A stretch of 64,000 nt of DNA, taken from Camelus dromedarius (Eukaryota). Location of the stretch: assembly GCF_036321535.1 (NCBI RefSeq), contig NC_087436.1, positions 114,206,001 to 114,270,000 on the forward strand, given 5' to 3'. The notes beneath the pieces are model-generated. The model was not told the origin of the DNA. It saw only the letters and a list, made by a program, of their open reading frames with translations, and did no database searches. Shown here piece after piece: positions 62,605-64,000 of the stretch (positions within the stretch are counted from its first letter, which is position 1; each line of letters opens with the position of its first letter). Position numbers and translations under genes: made by a program.

Positions 62605-63220
62605 TGATAAAAATAAATAAATCTATATACTGGCAATGAACAATTGGAATCTAAAACTGAAAATAATACAACACCATTTACATTAACATCAAAAATATAT
62701 TGAATTATCAAATACACATCTAACGCAGTACATATAAGATCTATATATTAGGAAAACTACAGAACTGATGAAAGAAATCAAAGAAGATCTAAATAGATGG
62801 AGAGTTAATCCATGTTCATGAATAGAAAGACTCAATATTGTCAAGATGTTACTTCTTCCCATGTTGATCTATAGATTCAACATAATGCAATCAGAATCCC
62901 AGCAAGTCATTTTATAGGTACCAACAAACTGATTGTAAACTTTACGTGGAAAGGCAGAAAACCGAGAATAGCCAACTTTGTTCGGCTTCAATGAGAATTT
63001 TTAGAGCAGTGAAACTATTCTATATGTGATACTGCAGCAGTGGATACATGACAATATGTATTTGTCAAAACCCATAAAATGTACAACATCAAGAGTAAAT
63101 CTATAAACTGTGGACCTTAATAAGTTATCAATATTGGTTCCCTAATGTTTAAAAATGTGCTTCACTAATACAAGATGTTAATCACAGAGGAAACTGTGTA
63201 GAGGCAGGAGAAGGAAAAGA
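62605..63220 (+). mobile_element. L1MC-type element: ORF2 fragment joined to 3' UTR (internal deletion near 62980)
   Basis: CTGATGAAAGAAATCAAAGAAGATCTAAATAGATGG..GAAAGACTCAATATTGTCAAGATG, then AGTGAAACTATTCT..TTTGTCAAAACCCATA. Confidence 0.85.
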
Positions 63221-64000
63221 TACTTAACGTGCTCTGAGATGTTCTAGCTGAAACTGCACGCATACATGTTTTGAAACCTTGACAGCCAGCAGCATGACGT
63301 CGACGTTCGAAAGCCGCCAGTAATTCTTCTGCTTCTTTGGAGGTGGAGGCTCAAATTTGTCCATGGGGAAGATGGTGCTTTTGTTTAGGGAAAAACCGCA
63401 GGGCTTTTAAGTTAGACAAAGACAAAGTGAGATCCTCTTCAGGGAGCTCTTTTAGAGAGAGACCTAAAATGAGAAAACAGAATGAGATGTGTTTCCGGGC
63501 CAAGTGTTTAGAGGGAGCCCTGGTGATTCTCCCTCAAGCTCTCCCAAGGGCTGAGACCTGGACCTGAGCTAGAAGAAATCCACTTATTCGGGGCACCCCC
63601 TTTCAGGGCTCAGGAGAACACAGCAGTGTAGGGCCCCCTCTGTGGAGGTACTTGGGTTAAGGCCACGCCTTATCACATCACCTGCATTGTAATGCCTTCC
63701 TCATTTCACAAGCTTTCAATTAATGTTTCAGACACTACACTCTAAAGAATTCAAGGACAGACCCAGCTTGCATTTACGGAAAAGCAATTTTGAGAGAGCT
63801 GCAGCTCCAAGGAAAGGCAGACTTGAGTAAGCCAGAGGCAACCTGAAAATACTGGAAGCCCCAGGAAGGCAGGACAGTTAGTGTTTGCTCAGATGGTACA
63901 GACAGTGAGAGCTGTGCTGTGTGATGGAGGGATGAAGGAAGACGATGCCCTGGCTACATCCTGAAATATGTAAGACTGGGACGCTGGGGGCAGAGAAGGC

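Noticed and set aside
1..64000. ORF-track ORFs as host protein-coding genes
   Set aside because: All are 180 aa or shorter and many start at non-ATG codons. Those I can assign are L1 ORF2 fragments or lie in repeats; no recognisable host domain or consistent exon chain.
1..64000. CRISPR-like or other regularly spaced repeat-spacer arrays, or a novel multi-gene system
   Set aside because: None seen; periodic sequence is limited to microsatellites and short tandem duplications.

Overview
Mammalian genomic DNA, most likely camelid (inferred from two tRNA-derived SINEs of the camelid Vic-1 type and lineage-specific L1 3' UTRs). It is repeat-rich intergenic or deep-intronic sequence. I recognise no host protein-coding exon, RNA gene, CpG-island promoter or CRISPR array. 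The ORFs I can assign are decayed L1 ORF2 pieces, antisense readings of repeats or chance ORFs. The window records several layers of retroposition. Ancient: MIR, L2, CR1, hAT MERs, MLT1/LTR16/MER77-type LTRs and a 5'-truncated ERVL provirus with a dUTPase remnant and MLT2 LTR. Intermediate: L1M elements. Young: camelid L1s, SINEs and a solo LTR. Best observations: a young L1 with both a twin-priming 5' inversion and an apparent 3' transduction (29460-30995), a TSD-flanked class II-like solo LTR, three ultra-short L1 insertions nested in older repeats, two motif-dense candidate enhancers (about 20.3-20.5 kb and 47.3-47.7 kb, the second containing a splice-competent 117-nt open segment), and template-switch or palindrome signatures. 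I found no convincing evidence of a new biological system. Repeat family names come from my recollection of consensus sequences and need RepeatMasker/Dfam confirmation. Boundaries without TSD support are approximate.
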